Source of the DNA: an uncultured bacterium | Lineage (GTDB): Bacteria > Verrucomicrobiota > Verrucomicrobiia > Limisphaerales > UBA8199 | Direction: 5' to 3' | NCBI GenBank assembly: GCA_963749495.1 | Contig: CAVVMW010000001.1 | Location: 608,001-672,000, forward strand | DNA: 64,000 nt | Shown here: in pieces, positions 60,680 to 64,000 of the stretch | Numbering within the stretch: position 1 is the first letter of the stretch | Layout: every line of letters starts with the position of its first letter | Translations under genes and position numbers: made by a program | The notes under the pieces: model-generated | What the model saw: only the letters and a program-made list of their open reading frames with translations | What the model was told of the DNA's origin: nothing | Database searches by the model: none

Positions 60680-62629
60680 ATGATGAACGAGAAAGACAAA
60701 TGCCCGAGATGCGGCGCCGCACTGCCGGCCGACGCGCCGGAAGGATTGTGTCCGCGCTGCCTGGGCGCCCTGAACCTGGAGACGGAAACCAACGTCAGTG
60801 GCGCGGAAACCGGGGCGTGGGTCCCGCCGCCGGTCTCCGAACTGCGGCCGCTCTTTCCCCAGATCGAGTTGTTCGAGCTTGTCGGCCGCGGCGGCATGGG
60901 CGCCGTCTATCGGGCATGCCAGAAGGGGCTCGATCGGATTGTGGCCCTGAAGATCCTGCCGCCGGGAATCGGGAGCGAGCCAGCGTTTGCCGAGCGCTTT
61001 GCCCAGGAGGCCAAGGCCATGGCCAGGCTCAATCATCCCGGCATCGTGACGGTCCATGATTTTGGCCGTGCCGGGGGCTTGTTCTACTTTCTGATGGAGT
61101 TTGTGGACGGGGTGAGCCTGCGCCAATTGATGAACGCCGGCCGGGTGTCGCCGCGCGAGGCGCTGGCGATCGTGCCGCAGATTTGCGACGCCCTCCAATA
61201 CGCGCACGACCAGGGCATCGTCCATCGCGACATCAAGCCGGAGAACATACTCCTGGATCGGCGCGGCCGTGTGAAGGTGGCGGATTTCGGCTTGGCAAAG
61301 CTGGTGGGAACAGCGAACGAGCCGGCGGCGGGGATGGGTTCGTCGGGGGGCTCGGCTTCGGTTACCGAGGCGGGCAAGGTCATGGGCACGCCAAATTATA
61401 TGGCGCCCGAGCAGATGGAGCGGCCTGCCGAGGTGGACCACCGCGCCGACATTTTTGCGCTGGGCGTCGTGTTTTACCAAATGCTCACCGGGGAATTGCC
61501 CGGCCCGCAGCTCGAGCCACCTTCCAAGAAGGTGCGCATCGATGTGCGGCTGGACGAGGTGGTGCTCCAGGCGCTGGCCAGGGAACCGGCGCGGCGCTAC
61601 CAAAAAGCCAGCGAAGTCAAGACGGCCGTGGAGGCGATCACCCACGGTCCTGCGCCGGCGGGAGGGAAAAAGGAGCCCGGAACAGAGGGGAGACCACCCG
61701 CCTCTCTCGATCAACCTACGAGGTCCGCAAGGTTTTGGAGTGCGCCAGCCCTCTGGCGCTTTCGCGTCCGCAGCCAGGGGACAGAAAAGCGGCAGAGGAC
61801 TGCCGCAGTCCAAAACGCAAGCGCGGCCGGGACGGCCGGAATGACGGGCGGCCATCCGAGGCGCATCTTCGCCGGCCTGTCCTTGAGCGTCCTGGCGCTC
61901 TTGGCGCTCGGGATTCTGCTCATGGTTTGGGAGCGCCAGCGGGCTACCCGAATCGCGCGCGTCCCCGCGACGCCGCAGGTCGTCGCTACCCCGGCGCACA
62001 CGGGCGACATCGGAGTCTATCTCGGTCCCTACGTGGGTACGGTGGAGACATCGAATTCCGTGGTCTTTTCCATCTCACAAAACTTGGTCCAGAAAGTCAT
62101 TCCTAAGTTCGATGCCGGCGAGTCCTTGGTGGTGAACGCTTATGACCCTAACGGGAACAAGTTCGGCCACGGCTTCCTGGACGGGGTGGACAATAGAATA
62201 GATGTTGATACCGGCACGCTCAAGTGCAAAGCCCGGCTTGTTCCCGAGAGAGCCAACCTGATGATACCGGGCCTCTCTGTGAATATCAGTATGCTGCTCG
62301 AAGTGAAGCATGGAGTCCTGCTCGTGCCCGCCAACGCGATCAATAGAGACCCGCAATCCGCGTTCGTATGGGTGATCCAAGCGGACCAAACAGTGACCCG
62401 GCGCCGGGTCCGGGTCGGGACGATTGAGGACCAGTTCGAGAACAAGGAACACCAGGACCAAGCCACACTGCAGCAGATGTCGGAGGGGAGACGCCGGGAT
62501 GGCGAACCACAAGAGGCTCTTGGACCATGGGCTGAGGTCCAGACCGGTTTGTCCCATGGAGACCTCGTGGTTCTCAGCGGCTTCAACGACCTGGCTGAGG
62601 GGCGCAGGGTCAAATACAAGGCTCGGTAG
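60680..62629 (+). CDS. Membrane Ser/Thr kinase with an N-terminal zinc ribbon and a C-terminal RND-adaptor-like domain
   Basis: CPRC, GRGGMG, HRDIKPEN, DFG, GTPNYMAPE, a TM helix, then DNRIDVDTGTLK...GLSHGDLVVLSG. Confidence 0.9.
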   Translation: MMNEKDKCPRCGAALPADAPEGLCPRCLGALNLETETNVSGAETGAWVPPPVSELRPLFPQIELFELVGRGGMGAVYRACQKGLDRIVALKILPPGIGSEPAFAERFAQEAKAMARLNHPGIVTVHDFGRAGGLFYFLMEFVDGVSLRQLMNAGRVSPREALAIVPQICDALQYAHDQGIVHRDIKPENILLDRRGRVKVADFGLAKLVGTANEPAAGMGSSGGSASVTEAGKVMGTPNYMAPEQMERPAEVDHRADIFALGVVFYQMLTGELPGPQLEPPSKKVRIDVRLDEVVLQALAREPARRYQKASEVKTAVEAITHGPAPAGGKKEPGTEGRPPASLDQPTRSARFWSAPALWRFRVRSQGTEKRQRTAAVQNASAAGTAGMTGGHPRRIFAGLSLSVLALLALGILLMVWERQRATRIARVPATPQVVATPAHTGDIGVYLGPYVGTVETSNSVVFSISQNLVQKVIPKFDAGESLVVNAYDPNGNKFGHGFLDGVDNRIDVDTGTLKCKARLVPERANLMIPGLSVNISMLLEVKHGVLLVPANAINRDPQSAFVWVIQADQTVTRRRVRVGTIEDQFENKEHQDQATLQQMSEGRRRDGEPQEALGPWAEVQTGLSHGDLVVLSGFNDLAEGRRVKYKAR

Positions 62630-62663
62630 GGCTGTTCTTGATGCCAGGCTTGGGGTTGGCACG

Positions 62664-62955
62664 CTGGCGTTCAGGCCGAAGGCCTGGTTCATACCAGCCC
62701 AGGGCAAGGCCCGCCGGAGCGCAGCGCAGGCGGGCCGCCGCCCTGGGTCCACCGCGCATTCTCTATTGCAGGCCAATCCCGATTCCGAATCGGGACCTTA
62801 TAGAGTTCCCGGAGGATGAATCGCGCTTTCAGCGCTCCGGATGATTATTGGCCGCTGTTCCCAGGGCGAGGCCCTGGGCTTGGTATGAGCGACGCCTTTG
62901 GCGTCCAGAGCACGGACCGCCGGTTGCATCATGCACCCCGAAGAATTCTGTCGCG
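62664..62955. repeat. Palindromic element (GGCCGAAGGCC / GCGCTTTCAGCGC family)
   Basis: Similar to 9290-9495. Confidence 0.75.
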
Positions 62956-63186
62956 AGCCCCAAAGTCCGACCTGAAAAAATGCGCTTGACTCCGAGCGGC
63001 ATTTGCCCATGATGAGGCAAATCAACCAACTGAAAAGGGCAGCATCTGACTTGGCGCGCCGTGTTTTGGGAAGGGTTTTCGGCGGGACGATATTCCCGCG
63101 TGGGCGAGGCGCAGGGGCACGTGGGAGCGCGGCTATCCGGGACAGCGGCGGCTTTTTCGAAGAACCAAAACAACAACTCGAATATC

Positions 63187-64000
63187 ATGAAGAGAACGAC
63201 TCAAGCACTGTTCGTATCGCTCCTTTTGGCGGGATGGGTTATCCTGCCAACAGCATCGGGTCAGGTCACTAACGTGGTCTTCACGGGAGACTTCTCGAGC
63301 CTGAACACCAATCAATTCATCGTTGGCCACTTCTCGCAGGAAGGAGGCGGACCTTCCGGGGGGCAGATTCTCCCGCAGGTGAGCAACGGCACGTGCGAGA
63401 TCATGGGCACGACAACCGAACAATGGTGGGCGGGAGGCGACCTCCAGATCAAGCAGGTCTTCCCGGCCAATCCCGAGACCAACGTGGTGTTCTCGATTAA
63501 CCGGGTGAGCATGACCGGCTCAACCACCACCGGGGGAACCGCAACTGCCATACGCAGCGAGGTGTGTGTCTTTGACCCGTCGCTGACGTATTACATCTTG
63601 TTAGGGGAGAACTGGACAGAAGACTACTGGCAATACAACCAGAAGGTCGGGCTGTCGAGCGACGTGCCGACAGGGGGCGGGACGGCGATCGCCGCGTTCA
63701 ACGCGACATCCGAGGACGAGAGCTCGCACATCATGAGCATCGTGTGCGACGGGGCGACGGCGTCGCTCTACCTGGACGGCGTTTTGGGGGTCACCGCGCC
63801 CTTCCCGTTCAGCCAAGTGGCCTTCCTTTTCGGCGCCGAGGCGCGGGCCGACCTCGATACCGTTGACGTGGTTTACTCTGGGCTGACGGTCCAGACGGTG
63901 GGATTCGAGGCCTTCTCGCCGGCAGCGGCGACCCTGGTTCTGGGCCATTCCAGCTCGAACGTGGTCGTGCGCATCCCGCCAGGGGCCAACAAGACGCAGG
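63187..64000 (+). CDS. Secreted beta-rich hypothetical protein (partial, runs off the right edge)
   Basis: MKRTTQALFVSLLLAGWVILPTASG signal peptide; frame open to the window end. Confidence 0.75.
   Translation, partial: MKRTTQALFVSLLLAGWVILPTASGQVTNVVFTGDFSSLNTNQFIVGHFSQEGGGPSGGQILPQVSNGTCEIMGTTTEQWWAGGDLQIKQVFPANPETNVVFSINRVSMTGSTTTGGTATAIRSEVCVFDPSLTYYILLGENWTEDYWQYNQKVGLSSDVPTGGGTAIAAFNATSEDESSHIMSIVCDGATASLYLDGVLGVTAPFPFSQVAFLFGAEARADLDTVDVVYSGLTVQTVGFEAFSPAAATLVLGHSSSNVVVRIPPGANKTQ

Noticed and set aside
62980..63186. Riboswitch in the long leader of the last gene
   Set aside because: No recognisable aptamer consensus by eye; an Rfam/Infernal scan would be needed.

Overview
High-GC (~65% by eye) bacterial chromosome segment. 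Gene content and repeat style suggest Verrucomicrobiota or a related PVC lineage (inference). It holds about 50 recognisable CDS/pseudogenes: an acyltransferase, two ABC-2 permeases, a polyprenyl-phospho-pentose-like cluster (GT-C membrane protein, HAD-UbiA, GMC oxidoreductase, two SDR epimerases), a four-helix-bundle gene, HtrA plus a pseudo-protease, PTS EIIA, GH3, a POT transporter, LTA synthase/sulfatase, hypFCDE, two divergent MNT-HEPN TA pairs, a six-hairpin glycosidase, Gfo/Idh/MocA, glpD and a NagD-like HAD, a flagellar-type regulatory block (HDOD, broken CheX, dual REC, TPR, FlgN-like, sigma54 activator), rlpA, an IS630, and an ECF sigma with a Ser/Thr kinase whose C-terminus looks like an RND adaptor. 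The most striking feature is non-coding. Most intergenic gaps, and several ORFs, are occupied by many families of small repeat elements: 7-, 9- and 12-mer tandem arrays (often inverted) and REP-like palindromes. Some are nested, some have TIRs or target-site duplications, some are translated in frame, and one pair brackets the four-helix-bundle gene. Several toxin genes, comEC and cheX survive only as deleted remnants. Eight single-base frameshifts in ordinary genes are probably assembly errors. No rRNA, tRNA or CRISPR array was seen. All calls are by eye, with no database search.
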